From NCBI GenBank assembly GCA_030529455.1, contig JAUMWV010000001.1:4754-68753 (forward strand): a stretch of DNA of 64,000 nt, read 5' to 3'. The translations under genes and the position numbers were made by a program. Shown one piece after another: positions 30,114-39,642 of this stretch (positions are counted from its first letter, which is position 1; each line of letters opens with the position of its first letter). The notes below the pieces were generated by a model. The model was not told the DNA's origin. It did not search any database and was given only the letters and a program-made list of their open reading frames with translations. Origin of the DNA: Propionibacteriaceae bacterium. Lineage in GTDB: Bacteria > Actinomycetota > Actinomycetes > Propionibacteriales > Propionibacteriaceae.

Positions 30114-31301
30114 ATGAGCCTGGATGTGTCCTTCAAGACCGATACCGCCCAGGTCGCCTCCCACGAGGCGGCCCTGCAAACCCTCCGCGCCGACCTCGAC
30201 GGCTGGATCGAGTCCGCGAACCGGGCGCGGGTCTCCGCGCTGAGCGCCTGGCAGGGCGAGGCGGCCGACGCCTTCGACACCCGGGCCCGCAAGATCGACG
30301 ACGGTATCCAGGAGGTCCTCTCCGCGCTAGACACCTACCTGAACGCCGTCCGGGTCTTCCACGGCTCGGCCTCGGCGGTGAAGGACAGCCTGCAGCAGAT
30401 CAAGGACGAGGCCCTAGCCGCTGGACTCATGGTCGCCGGGGACGTCGTGCACGAGCCCAGGCCGCCCCAGTTCATCGGGCCACCCGGGAGCGCCTACCCG
30501 ACGGCCGCGGAAAGCCCGCTGGTTGCCGCCTATGAGCGGCAGAAATCGGCCTACCTATCGCTGGAGGGCCGCGTCCACGAGGCCCGCAGCAGCGAGGCCC
30601 AGGCACATAATGCGCTGCAACGCGGCTGCGACCAGGCGTCCGCCCCGTCTGGCTGGGACCTCGCCTGGGCGGCCCTGGGAATCCCGACCACCGTGGGCGC
30701 CGGTTTCTTCTTCGCCGCCAAGATGGCCCCCGACGCAGCCAATCTCGCTGGCACGGGCGTGCTGCACAAGTTTGGCCGGTTCGCCTACCGCGAGGGCGGG
30801 AAGTACGCCAAGCTGCCGCCCGGCCTGCTCAACCGGCTCGCGGCGACCGGTACCGTCACGAACTGGCAGAACCTGCCGAATGCGACCAGCACCCAGCGCT
30901 GGTGGGTCGGGTTCGGCAAGGGGGCCAAGGGCTTCGCCAGCCGGGCGGCTGCTCCGGTGACGCTCGCCTTCGCGGGCTGGGACGCCTGGCAGTCTGGCTC
31001 CGAGCAGTGGGAACGCGACTCCTATGACCCGACCCTGTCCACCAGCGCCCGGATCTCCCGGGCCGCCATCGAAGGCGTGGGAGATGCCGCGCTGCCCGTT
31101 CTGGGGGGCGTCCTCGGGGCTGCTGGCGGCGCCGTCGCGGGGGCCGCCATCGGGTCCGTAGTGCCGATCGTTGGCACTGCGGTGGGCGGGGTCATCGGCG
31201 CCGTCCTCGGCGGTTTCCTCGTCGGCTGGGGAGGCCAGGCCGCGGCCGACGCGAGCGACACGATGCGCAAGGAATGGGTGGATGAGAACGTTCGATGGTG
31301 A
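30114..31301 (+). CDS. WXG100-like N-terminal helical domain + C-terminal glycine-zipper membrane segment (candidate T7SS-type effector)
   Basis: WQG at residues 46-48 (SALSAWQGEAADAFD). The C-terminus is LPVLGGVLGAAGGAVAGAAIGSVVPIVGTAVGGVIGAVLGGFLVGWGG. Confidence 0.6.
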   Translation: MSLDVSFKTDTAQVASHEAALQTLRADLDGWIESANRARVSALSAWQGEAADAFDTRARKIDDGIQEVLSALDTYLNAVRVFHGSASAVKDSLQQIKDEALAAGLMVAGDVVHEPRPPQFIGPPGSAYPTAAESPLVAAYERQKSAYLSLEGRVHEARSSEAQAHNALQRGCDQASAPSGWDLAWAALGIPTTVGAGFFFAAKMAPDAANLAGTGVLHKFGRFAYREGGKYAKLPPGLLNRLAATGTVTNWQNLPNATSTQRWWVGFGKGAKGFASRAAAPVTLAFAGWDAWQSGSEQWERDSYDPTLSTSARISRAAIEGVGDAALPVLGGVLGAAGGAVAGAAIGSVVPIVGTAVGGVIGAVLGGFLVGWGGQAAADASDTMRKEWVDENVRW

Positions 31302-31740
31302 TAGCCCCATTCCGCTTCCGCGCGGCTGGGCCCCGGTAGAACCGCCAGCGCAGCTGCCTTCTGCGGAGTTCGCCGCGCTCGGCCCGGCCGGGCACGGCGG
31401 GATCTGCCCGTCCGTGGTGTTCACCCGCACCGAGCTCGATGGCCGGTCCTTCGAGGAATGGACCCTGGCCTCGGCCGAGGCGGCCCGGCAGCTGATCCCC
31501 TCGCTGTTCCTCATCGACCGCCAGCCCGCCCACATCGGCGGATACCCCGGCGTCATGCAGCTGTCGGCCTTCACCCTGGAGGGACGAAACCACACGCAGC
31601 AACAGTTCTACTGCCAGGTCGCGGCCCAGGCGGCCGCCGTGCTGACCCTCACGTGTTCCAGCGCCGATTTCGACCGGCTGAGCGCGGTGTTCAACGAGCT
31701 GGCCGACCATTTCGACCCGGAGTGGGTGAGCCAGCCGTGA
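31282..31740 (+). CDS. DUF1795/LpqN-like (PsbP-fold-like) protein, candidate chaperone or immunity factor
   Basis: It overlaps the preceding gene by 20 nt. SPIPLPRGWAPVE..PSVVFTRTELDGRSFEEWT follows the usual opening of this fold family. No signal peptide. Confidence 0.45.
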   Translation: MRTFDGDSPIPLPRGWAPVEPPAQLPSAEFAALGPAGHGGICPSVVFTRTELDGRSFEEWTLASAEAARQLIPSLFLIDRQPAHIGGYPGVMQLSAFTLEGRNHTQQQFYCQVAAQAAAVLTLTCSSADFDRLSAVFNELADHFDPEWVSQP

Positions 31741-32429
31741 GTACCGAACGCGATGTCGAGCTGAGCGGCGCGGCGTGGGTCGCGCTCCAGGCCATCGTGG
31801 CCGGGCGAGCCCCCGGCGAGGACGGCGAGCTGGTGAGCCGCGGCCTGGTCGTGGAGGGACGCCTGACGCCGCGGGCCGAGGCGCTGCTCGCCCCGTTCCG
31901 CGAGGCGGTGGCCGTGGTGCGGGTCGGCCGGGGCGGACCCGATGAGACGCGCGAAGCCACGGTCTGGGTCAGCGCCGACCGGGCCTGCCTGGCCGAGCTG
32001 ACCGTGGGCGAGAGCGTCCGCCTGCGGGCCCTGGCCCCGGGCTATCTGCCCCTGCTGCTGGGTGGGCTGGTGCAGCTGCGGCCGAGCCCGCTGCCCGCCC
32101 TGGTCTCCAGCCAGGCCGTCCCGGCTGCCTGGCTGCTGGCGCTGGCCGGGGCGAACGGACAGGCGCCGGTGAGCGAGCTCGCCGCCGAGATCCGCCCCTT
32201 GTGGCCCGAGATCGCAGACGAGTTCGAGGCCGGTTCGTGGCATTGGTGGGCAGTCGAGGCGTTCGCCCTGGAGGACGACAAGGCCCGGCTGCGCGGGTCG
32301 GTATTCGTCCTCGACACCGGGGCGGGCTTGCTCGGGATCGACCTCGGTGCGGCCGAAGCCACCCTCACCCCGATCGCGCCCACCGACGCCTGGCGCAGGC
32401 TCACCTTCCTGGTCGCCCCCTCGGCCTGA
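31737..32429 (+). CDS. EspG-like protein (candidate T7SS substrate chaperone)
   Basis: GTGA overlap with the upstream stop. 230 aa. The call rests on size, context and the VELSGAAWVALQAIV opening only. Confidence 0.4.
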   Translation: MSTERDVELSGAAWVALQAIVAGRAPGEDGELVSRGLVVEGRLTPRAEALLAPFREAVAVVRVGRGGPDETREATVWVSADRACLAELTVGESVRLRALAPGYLPLLLGGLVQLRPSPLPALVSSQAVPAAWLLALAGANGQAPVSELAAEIRPLWPEIADEFEAGSWHWWAVEAFALEDDKARLRGSVFVLDTGAGLLGIDLGAAEATLTPIAPTDAWRRLTFLVAPSA

Positions 32430-32447
32430 CCGGGCCAGCCCCTCGTC

Positions 32448-33971
32448 CTAGCCCTGCGGCTTGAGGAGGGGGAAGAGGATGGTCTCGCGGATACCCACGC
32501 CGGTGAACAGCATGACGAGGCGGTCCACGCCCAGCCCGAGGCCGCCCATCGGCGGGGCGCCGTATTCGAGGGCCTCCAGGAAGTCCTCGTCCAACTGCAT
32601 GGCCTCGGGGTCACCGGCGGCGGCCTTGACCGACTGCGCGGTGAGCACCTCGCGCTGCACCACCGGGTCGATCAGCTCGGTGAAGCCGGTGCCGCGTTCC
32701 ATGCCGCCGATGATGAGGTCCCAGGCCTCGACCTTGCCGGGTTCGCCGCGGTGCGGCCGCGCGAGCGGCTGGGCGATCGCCGGGTAGTCGTAGACGAAGG
32801 TCGGCTGGATCAGCCCGGGCTCGACCAGTTCGCCGAAGAGTTCCATGACGAGCTTGCCCGCCTCCCAGGCCGGGTCGTATTCGATCTCGTGGGCGTCGCA
32901 GGCCGCCCGCAGCTCGGCGGCGGGGGTCTCGGTGGTGATCTCGCGTCCCAGCGCCTCGGAGACCGCCGGGTAGACCGACAGCCACGTCCAGTCCCCGTCG
33001 AGGTCGATGACACCGGCCTCGGTCTCGATCTGGTGCTTGCCCGCGACCTCGGCGGCCGCCATGACGATGGACTTCATCACGGCGGCGATGGTCGCCTGGT
33101 CGCCCCAGGACATGTAGGCCTCCAGCATCGTGAACTCCGCCGAATGCGACGAATCGATGCCCTCGTTGCGGAAGATCCGGCCCATCTCGTAGACCCGGTC
33201 GGCGCCGCCGACCATCGTGCGCTTGAGGTGCAGTTCCAGCGCGATGCGCAGGCTCATGTCAATGCCGAAGGCGTTGAGGTGAGTGTTGAAGGGCCGGGCG
33301 GCCGCCCCGCCGTGCACGAGCTGCAGCGTCGGGGTCTCCACCTCGAGGAAGCCCTGCGTGTGCAGGGTCTCGCGGATCGCGCGGGTGATCGCCGCGCGGG
33401 TCCGCAACACCGACCGGGCCTCGTCGCGCACGATCAGGTCGGCGTAGCGGCGCCGGACGCGGGACTCCTCCGACAACTCCTTGTGCAGCGTCGGCAGCGG
33501 ACGCAGCGCCTTGGACGCCATCCGCCACTCGCTCGCCATGACCGACAGCTCTCCCCGCTTGGAGGAGATCACCCGGCCCCGCACCCAGACGTGGTCGCCG
33601 AGGTCGACGTCCGACTTCCAGGCCGCGAGGGCGTCCTCGCCCACCTCGGCGAGGCTCAGCATCACCTGGAGCCGCTCACCGTTGTTGTCCACGGTGAAGC
33701 CGTCCTGAAGCGTCGCGAAGGCCAGCTTGCCGGTGTTGCGGATGAACACGGCCCGGCCGCCGATCGTCACCTCGTCGCCGGTCTCCTGGCCAGCCTCCAG
33801 GTGCCCCCACCCAGCGCGAACCTCGGCGAGGGTGTGGCTTCTGGACAGGTCAGCCGGGTAGGGCTGGGTGCCAGCGTCCAAGAGGCGGGCGCGCTTGGCC
33901 TTGCGCACCTGGGTCTGCTCAGAATCAGTCGTCGGCTCGATCACCGGACAAGCGTACCCGCTCCACGGCAC
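32448..33971 (-). CDS. lysS: Lysine--tRNA ligase (class II)
   Basis: FRNEGIDSSHSAEFTMLEAY, GGLGLGVDRLVM, N-terminal OB-fold region. Confidence 0.95.
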   Translation of the reverse strand: MPWSGYACPVIEPTTDSEQTQVRKAKRARLLDAGTQPYPADLSRSHTLAEVRAGWGHLEAGQETGDEVTIGGRAVFIRNTGKLAFATLQDGFTVDNNGERLQVMLSLAEVGEDALAAWKSDVDLGDHVWVRGRVISSKRGELSVMASEWRMASKALRPLPTLHKELSEESRVRRRYADLIVRDEARSVLRTRAAITRAIRETLHTQGFLEVETPTLQLVHGGAAARPFNTHLNAFGIDMSLRIALELHLKRTMVGGADRVYEMGRIFRNEGIDSSHSAEFTMLEAYMSWGDQATIAAVMKSIVMAAAEVAGKHQIETEAGVIDLDGDWTWLSVYPAVSEALGREITTETPAAELRAACDAHEIEYDPAWEAGKLVMELFGELVEPGLIQPTFVYDYPAIAQPLARPHRGEPGKVEAWDLIIGGMERGTGFTELIDPVVQREVLTAQSVKAAAGDPEAMQLDEDFLEALEYGAPPMGGLGLGVDRLVMLFTGVGIRETILFPLLKPQG

Positions 33972-34383
33972 GGGCAGCTCAGGGCTCGGGAGATGGCCCT
34001 TAGAGACTCATCTTTGACCCAAAAGGCCCGATGCCACGCTCTCCGCCAGTTCGCCCCGGCCGATCGCGGTATCGTGTTTCTCGACGTTTCAGAGAGGATG
34101 GACTTATCCGATCATGACGTACCGATCAGCTGCCGCTCGCGGTCGAGTGGAACTTCGTCAGGGCCGACGTAGGGCTGGCGCCTGGCTCCATTTCCCGCTC
34201 CTCAGCAGCAGCCTTCTGGAACCGTCGCCAATGCTTTCCCTGACCGGACTCCCGGCTGTATCCGTCCGGCCTTCGCACGGGGCTCCCCAGCTTGAGCCCG
34301 CAGCATCAACCGCATCCGCGGCTGCCCTCTGCTCCCGCTAGCGGCCCTGAACCAGAGCAGCAGCGGACACGAAAGGAGACCCG

Positions 34384-36207
34384 GTGTCCCACGACTGGAC
34401 GGAGTGCTTCACCCTTGACGGCGGCCGCGGCGAGCTGCTGGCCGGAGAATCCATATCGGTGCACGACCTCTTCTGGTCGACCGAATTAGCACCCAGCGGA
34501 GTGGAGCGCTTCGGCTTCCGCACCCTGGGGCCCATCCACGCCGATGATTTTCAGGTCGACTACCTGAACGCGAGCGGGAACCGGCTGTCCACTGGGACCC
34601 CGGCCTGCCACGTCACTACCGACGACGACGGACTCACGGTCGTCGTCCTCGAGCTCACCGGCCCCGCCGACTGCCACTCGGCCCGGATCAGCGCGAGCTC
34701 CAAGGCCCGACCGCAGCGGATCTTCGGTCCGGTCGCGCGGGAGTCCTACCGCTCGGCTGGTCGTAGCAAACTCCTCGGCCGCCAGCAGGTCGTGGCACTC
34801 CCCGACGGTACCGGAAGCATCAAACTCAGGTCGCTGCTGGTTTCTGGCCAGGGCAGCACCCCCGCCCACGTCGGACTGCGCTTCTACGATCAGGCAGGCA
34901 ACGAGTTGATGGGGCCCGCCGACGCCAGCGTGAGCCCGGTCCACGGCGCCTACCTCACGCTCTCCTCCGGGACGTCCACGGGCTGGGCAGAGACCTCACT
35001 CCGACTGCCGGAAGGCACCCGTTCGGTTGCCGTCACCCCGTTCAAGTCCCGGATCGAGGCCGCGGTATCGGCCCACCTGTCGCTGTCGGTCAGGGATGCC
35101 AGCGCCGACTCGCTCACCTCGTTCCTCTCTGAGCTGTCTGCTACGACACCCCTCATCCTGATCGATTCGACCGCCCCACCCCTGGGGTATGGACTCATCA
35201 CGATCCGGCCCAACAACTTGACGATGCAGTATTCGGCGATGGGATACGGCGTCATTTCGGTGGGCTATGGCACGCTTCAGGGCAAGGATCGACGGCCCTT
35301 ACCGCTGGTCTATCAGGCACCTCGGGTTGAGTTCAGGCAGGTCATCGCCAAGGTCGCAGACGAGGCTAGGCACCGACCCTGTCTCTACGTCTGCAGCTCG
35401 TTCCCCTCCCCCCAGGCCGTCGCCACGCTGGATACCCTCGGCAGTCACGGCTGGCGGACGCTCTACGAGATCCGTGACGACATGGAGGAGTTCAAACGGG
35501 TTGGCTACTCCCAGTGGTACACGGTGGAGTCGGAGACCTTGATCTGTCAGCGCGCCGACTACATCACGGCCGTGAGCCCAGCCCTGAGCGCGAAAGCCAA
35601 AACGCTGAGCGGTGGCCGGGCCGAGCCGGTCACCATCCCGAACGCCATCCATGAGCACTACATCGAGAAAGCCGCCCCGTTACGCACGCTGCAGGTGGTC
35701 GAAGCAAAGCGACGGAGCGGGATCGTCGGCTATGTTGGGCACCTCACCGAGGCCTGGTTCGACTGGGATCTTTTTCTCGGCTGCGCTGAACGGCTTACCC
35801 GCACCCGCTTCGAGATCATCGGCATGGGCCTGCCCGAGAACATCGACCTGCCCGGAAATGTCTTCTTTCATGGACCGAAGAAGCAACAGGAACTACAGGA
35901 CATCACTCAGGCCTGGGCGGTCGGCCTGATCCCGTTCAAGAAGTCTCCCCTGACCCGGGGTGTGGACCCGAACAAGCTCTTCGAGTACTGCGCTTGGGGT
36001 CTGAGAACGGTCTCGGCCGCTATGGGTTCGATCGACGAGTGCCCGACCGCACGCTCTTACAACACCTTCGACGAGATGCTGAGCGCACTCAAGGACGCCC
36101 TCAACAGGCCCTGGACGCAACACGAACTGGATCACGCCGAGGTGTATCTGAGAGCAGCTACCTGGCGCAATCGAGCGGAACGCACACTTGAGGTGGTAGG
36201 CCTATGA
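34384..36207 (+). CDS. Glycosyltransferase (GT-B C-terminal half) with about 300-aa N-terminal beta-rich module
   Basis: GAAAGGAG RBS + GTG. IVGYVGHLTEAWFDWDL..FHGPKKQQEL..NKLFEYCAWGL (E-x7-E-like). Confidence 0.72.
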   Translation: MSHDWTECFTLDGGRGELLAGESISVHDLFWSTELAPSGVERFGFRTLGPIHADDFQVDYLNASGNRLSTGTPACHVTTDDDGLTVVVLELTGPADCHSARISASSKARPQRIFGPVARESYRSAGRSKLLGRQQVVALPDGTGSIKLRSLLVSGQGSTPAHVGLRFYDQAGNELMGPADASVSPVHGAYLTLSSGTSTGWAETSLRLPEGTRSVAVTPFKSRIEAAVSAHLSLSVRDASADSLTSFLSELSATTPLILIDSTAPPLGYGLITIRPNNLTMQYSAMGYGVISVGYGTLQGKDRRPLPLVYQAPRVEFRQVIAKVADEARHRPCLYVCSSFPSPQAVATLDTLGSHGWRTLYEIRDDMEEFKRVGYSQWYTVESETLICQRADYITAVSPALSAKAKTLSGGRAEPVTIPNAIHEHYIEKAAPLRTLQVVEAKRRSGIVGYVGHLTEAWFDWDLFLGCAERLTRTRFEIIGMGLPENIDLPGNVFFHGPKKQQELQDITQAWAVGLIPFKKSPLTRGVDPNKLFEYCAWGLRTVSAAMGSIDECPTARSYNTFDEMLSALKDALNRPWTQHELDHAEVYLRAATWRNRAERTLEVVGL

Positions 36208-37124
36208 CAACGATCCTGAGGGTGGCTCACAACGTGGGGATGGACGAGATGCTGGCGCTATCCGACGGTGGCCACACGGTGACGGCCATCCTGGCGAATA
36301 CCGACCAGATACTGCCCGAGCGCGGAATCTCCTGCCGACAGGTCTCGGCCGCCCGGTTGCCAAATGTGTCTCGCGCTTTCGGTCGGCTCCGCTTCCATCA
36401 CGAGATCCGCGTCTCCGATGATGCGAAAACTGCCCAGGCCTTGCTAACCGACCACCAGATCCGGGGATCGGTCAAGAGTTACCTTCTCCGGGCAACCGCG
36501 GGCGACGAGATCGACTCCTGCCTACAAGACCTCGACCTCGACTTATTCGACCGGATTCTGGTGACCTCGAACATCACCGAGGAATACCTTCGCCGCCGCC
36601 ACGCGCTGCCGGTCCCCGTGGAGCAGATCCGGTTCGTGAACGGCCCCGCGCAAACCCCATCGCTGGGGGGACCCATCACCAGCCTCACCTGGATCGGTTC
36701 GGCCCACCCGAACGAAGGCGTTCAGGATTTCCTCCGGATACTGTCCCTGACCGGCCTGTCAGCCCAGATCTTGTGGACTAGCCCACCCGCTCCGGAGCGG
36801 TTCACTTCGGTCGTCGCGACCATGTCGCTGCTAGGCGTCACCGACCGGGTACGGTTCAGCTGGCCCGGCCCCTTCGAGGGCTTCCTCTCCACCATTCAGT
36901 CAACGATGCATCACACCTTATGGGTGTCCACCGCACGCGCCTACGCGCCCCGCTCAGCGGTCGAGCTGATCCTGCACCTCGGCGGCCGGGTGGTCTCCTT
37001 CGACAGCATCTACGCGATGGAACTCGCCGAGCAGTTCCCCGACCACCTCACGCTCACACCCGAAGGCTCGGCGCCGGACGCTGCCGCCGCGGTCCAGGCA
37101 CTAGCCGAGAAAGAGATTCCATGA
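36204..37124 (+). CDS. Degenerate GT-B-like protein
   Basis: ATGA overlap with the upstream gene. Rossmann-like halves (ILRVAHNVG..; LTWIGSAHPNEG..). No clear catalytic motif. Confidence 0.5.
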   Translation: MTTILRVAHNVGMDEMLALSDGGHTVTAILANTDQILPERGISCRQVSAARLPNVSRAFGRLRFHHEIRVSDDAKTAQALLTDHQIRGSVKSYLLRATAGDEIDSCLQDLDLDLFDRILVTSNITEEYLRRRHALPVPVEQIRFVNGPAQTPSLGGPITSLTWIGSAHPNEGVQDFLRILSLTGLSAQILWTSPPAPERFTSVVATMSLLGVTDRVRFSWPGPFEGFLSTIQSTMHHTLWVSTARAYAPRSAVELILHLGGRVVSFDSIYAMELAEQFPDHLTLTPEGSAPDAAAAVQALAEKEIP

Positions 37125-37891
37125 AAACGACAATACTGCTGAAGGTCGGTTTGGCCGTCATCGCGCTAGGCGCGGCGGTCTCGGTCGTCGCCTTCGCGTC
37201 GAACAATCTGCGGTTGGGCCTTTCCGCACTGGCGGTCGTCCTCGCTACGGGCTTTGCAAGCATTTTGGCCTACCTTCGCCGCAGTGCCAGGATCGCCGCC
37301 ACTGTCAACCGGGCCCGTAAGCAGGCCGAGACTGAGCTGCGCCGCAACGTGGAGGAGTTGGTGAACATAGCGAACAGCTCGGCCACCGCGGAGGATCTTC
37401 GCTGGATTCAGCACCGCCACGTCAAGCGAGAGAACGCTCTGCAACAGGCAGACCAGTCCGAACCGGTGGCGCTGACTGTCGGCCCATTGACCGCACCACT
37501 CGCCAGCGCCGCTACCGAGCCCACCGGCCAAGCAGTCAAACACCTGGTGGGGATCGGGTTGCCACCCGGGAACCTGGTGTCGGGCTTACCCGTATCCCCC
37601 CTGCTCCCCGGCGGGTTCACCAGCGCGGTGCTAGTCGGCCCGACCGCGGGGGTCGTGATCGACGAAAACGCCTTCACCCGCGGGCTCTGGAAAAGCCTTG
37701 GCCCAGACCAAGACAACTATCTGCTGTCGCAACTCACCGCCCTGCTCAAGAGCACCTCTCAGCGCGGTCTCCCGGTGGTGATCGTGCGCAGGCCGGATAC
37801 CCCGGAGCATCTGCTCTTCACCCGCCAGGCCGGGACGGTGGTAGACGACCCCGCAGAGATCCCCTCTTCTGTTTTTGCCCGCATCCCCTAG
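37121..37891 (+). CDS. 2-TM + coiled-coil + conserved C-domain protein (paralog 1 of 3)
   Basis: ATGA overlap. TM segments VGLAVIALGAAVSVVAF and LSALAVVLATGFASILAY. Coiled-coil-like VNRARKQAETELRRNVEELVNIA. C-domain motif GVVIDENAFTRGLWKSLG..LPVVIVRR. Confidence 0.65.
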   Translation: MKTTILLKVGLAVIALGAAVSVVAFASNNLRLGLSALAVVLATGFASILAYLRRSARIAATVNRARKQAETELRRNVEELVNIANSSATAEDLRWIQHRHVKRENALQQADQSEPVALTVGPLTAPLASAATEPTGQAVKHLVGIGLPPGNLVSGLPVSPLLPGGFTSAVLVGPTAGVVIDENAFTRGLWKSLGPDQDNYLLSQLTALLKSTSQRGLPVVIVRRPDTPEHLLFTRQAGTVVDDPAEIPSSVFARIP

Positions 37892-37983
37892 GCCCATGCT
37901 GCGACCCACCTTGACCGTCCCACCCAGGCAGTTCCAGCGCCTGGGCGGGCGCATCAGCCCCGCGGCCTACCTGAAGGAGCAGC

Positions 37984-39642
37984 ATGCCGAATAACTCTGT
38001 ACCGCGGAACGGCTTTTCGTTCGTCGTCGACCTCTCTCAGTTCGACGCCGATGACGCCATCCGGCACCTCACGAGCCTGGCGGGCGCGCTCCGGGGGCAC
38101 CCTTTCTCACTGATTGCCATTGTGGACAGCGCCCCGGAATCCGTCGCTGACCTGGAGAACCTGACGCTGGTCGAAACCGGCACCGAGCTCAACCCGGTGA
38201 GCCGAATCGGCCTGGCGATGCAGCTGGTCAGCAGTCCGTTCTGTGTCGTGTCGTCCACCGCGGTGAACCTGAGCCCCGGAACGGTCGATGCGTTATGTTC
38301 CGCGCTCACCCGTTACGGGCTCGTAGACCTCACCGTCCCCACCGCGTGGTCCCTGGGTTCGGGGTGTCGTGCGGCCTCGTCCCGGACGGTCATCTTCGGG
38401 ATGAGCACCCGCCTGTATCGCATGCTGCGGGGCTTCGACCTACGAATCCGCACCGTGCGGGACGCCTACACCGATCTGTGCCGTCGCGCCCGGGCTTGGG
38501 GAGAGGAAACGACCTGCATGAACGGCACCGAAACAGACTGTGCCGTCGAACCACCCCGTATCGAACTGACCTCACCCCAGGTTTTCAACTTCAACGCCTC
38601 ACAAGCCACTTTCGTCAACCTGCCCCGCTGGCTCTATCGTCCGTTCAGCGGCGACCCCGTGGTGAGCCTGATCCGGACCGGGCGGAGCACCCAGAAATCC
38701 GGGTACGAAGCAGTCGCAGCGCAGTCCTTCGACGATTACGAGATCGTGGACGCCAACGGCTGCGACCCGGCCGCCCTAGAGCGGGCTATCCGTCAGGCCC
38801 GCGGCGACATCATCGCCATCGTCGGTCCGGGCTGCGTGACCCCGCCGTGGCGGCTCATGGAACAGCTCCAGCCCTACCGGTCGAAACGGAGCTACTGTGT
38901 CGGCGCCGCCGCCTTCCTGCGCAAGAAGAACGTTGTCGCGGTGCCCGCCACACCCGAGGCGCAGCCTTTGACCGGGCCCGACCCCGCCGGATGGGGCACT
39001 CTGCTCGCCCACCGGGAGGTCTTCCTTAGGCTGCTGGGCGGGGCCCGGCCAGACGAGTTCGGCCGGGTCCAGACCCGTCAGGTCGTGGCGGCCGCGAGCT
39101 CCTGGCCCGGCGACGGCGGCGAGACTGCCGAACCGGGCGTGGCTCAGCGCGTTCTGCCTTATCTCGGCGGCTATGAGTCGTCCGCCTTGATGCTGTTCGA
39201 CCAGTATGCGGTGGGCCGCATTGACTACATCGGCGCCTACGATCGGATCGCGGCCGTAGCGACGATCTATGACGACCAGCGCAAACCGGTACGGGAGATG
39301 GCCGCCGTGCACAGCCCGAGCCAGCAAGACATCGAATGCCTCTCTCGCTTGGGTCTGCCCTTCGAGATCATCGTCCCGCCCCCAGGCAGAGAACCGGCCG
39401 CCGCACTGGTCGGGGAACTGCTGAAGAAGCGATTCAGGCAGGCCGTATCGATCCGCCCTCTTCCCGGCTACCGGCTCTTGGGCGAAGAACAGCAACCGGA
39501 GCACCACCTGCTGTACCTCAGGATTCCCGGCGCGGCAGAAGGATGGTTTGCTCTCGCCGATGCCCCGCCGGGGACCGGGTCACCAATCGTGACCACAGCA
39601 ACAATGTTCAGCGCACAGGGACAGATCTGGGAGCAAGAGTGA
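37984..39642 (+). CDS. Tandem GT-A-like glycosyltransferase
   Basis: AAGGAG RBS. FSFVVDLSQFDADDAIRHLTSL..LIAIVDSAPES. The second module is VVSLIRTGRST..QSFDDYEIVDANG..GDIIAIVGPGC. Confidence 0.6.
   Translation: MPNNSVPRNGFSFVVDLSQFDADDAIRHLTSLAGALRGHPFSLIAIVDSAPESVADLENLTLVETGTELNPVSRIGLAMQLVSSPFCVVSSTAVNLSPGTVDALCSALTRYGLVDLTVPTAWSLGSGCRAASSRTVIFGMSTRLYRMLRGFDLRIRTVRDAYTDLCRRARAWGEETTCMNGTETDCAVEPPRIELTSPQVFNFNASQATFVNLPRWLYRPFSGDPVVSLIRTGRSTQKSGYEAVAAQSFDDYEIVDANGCDPAALERAIRQARGDIIAIVGPGCVTPPWRLMEQLQPYRSKRSYCVGAAAFLRKKNVVAVPATPEAQPLTGPDPAGWGTLLAHREVFLRLLGGARPDEFGRVQTRQVVAAASSWPGDGGETAEPGVAQRVLPYLGGYESSALMLFDQYAVGRIDYIGAYDRIAAVATIYDDQRKPVREMAAVHSPSQQDIECLSRLGLPFEIIVPPPGREPAAALVGELLKKRFRQAVSIRPLPGYRLLGEEQQPEHHLLYLRIPGAAEGWFALADAPPGTGSPIVTTATMFSAQGQIWEQE

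Noticed and set aside
34114-34341. 75-aa ORF in the lysS / glycosyltransferase spacer, and the possibility of a leader or riboswitch upstream of lysS
   Set aside because: The ORF has no RBS and a low-complexity Ala/Ser/Pro/Arg composition. I could not trace any conserved riboswitch or T-box-like structure by eye.
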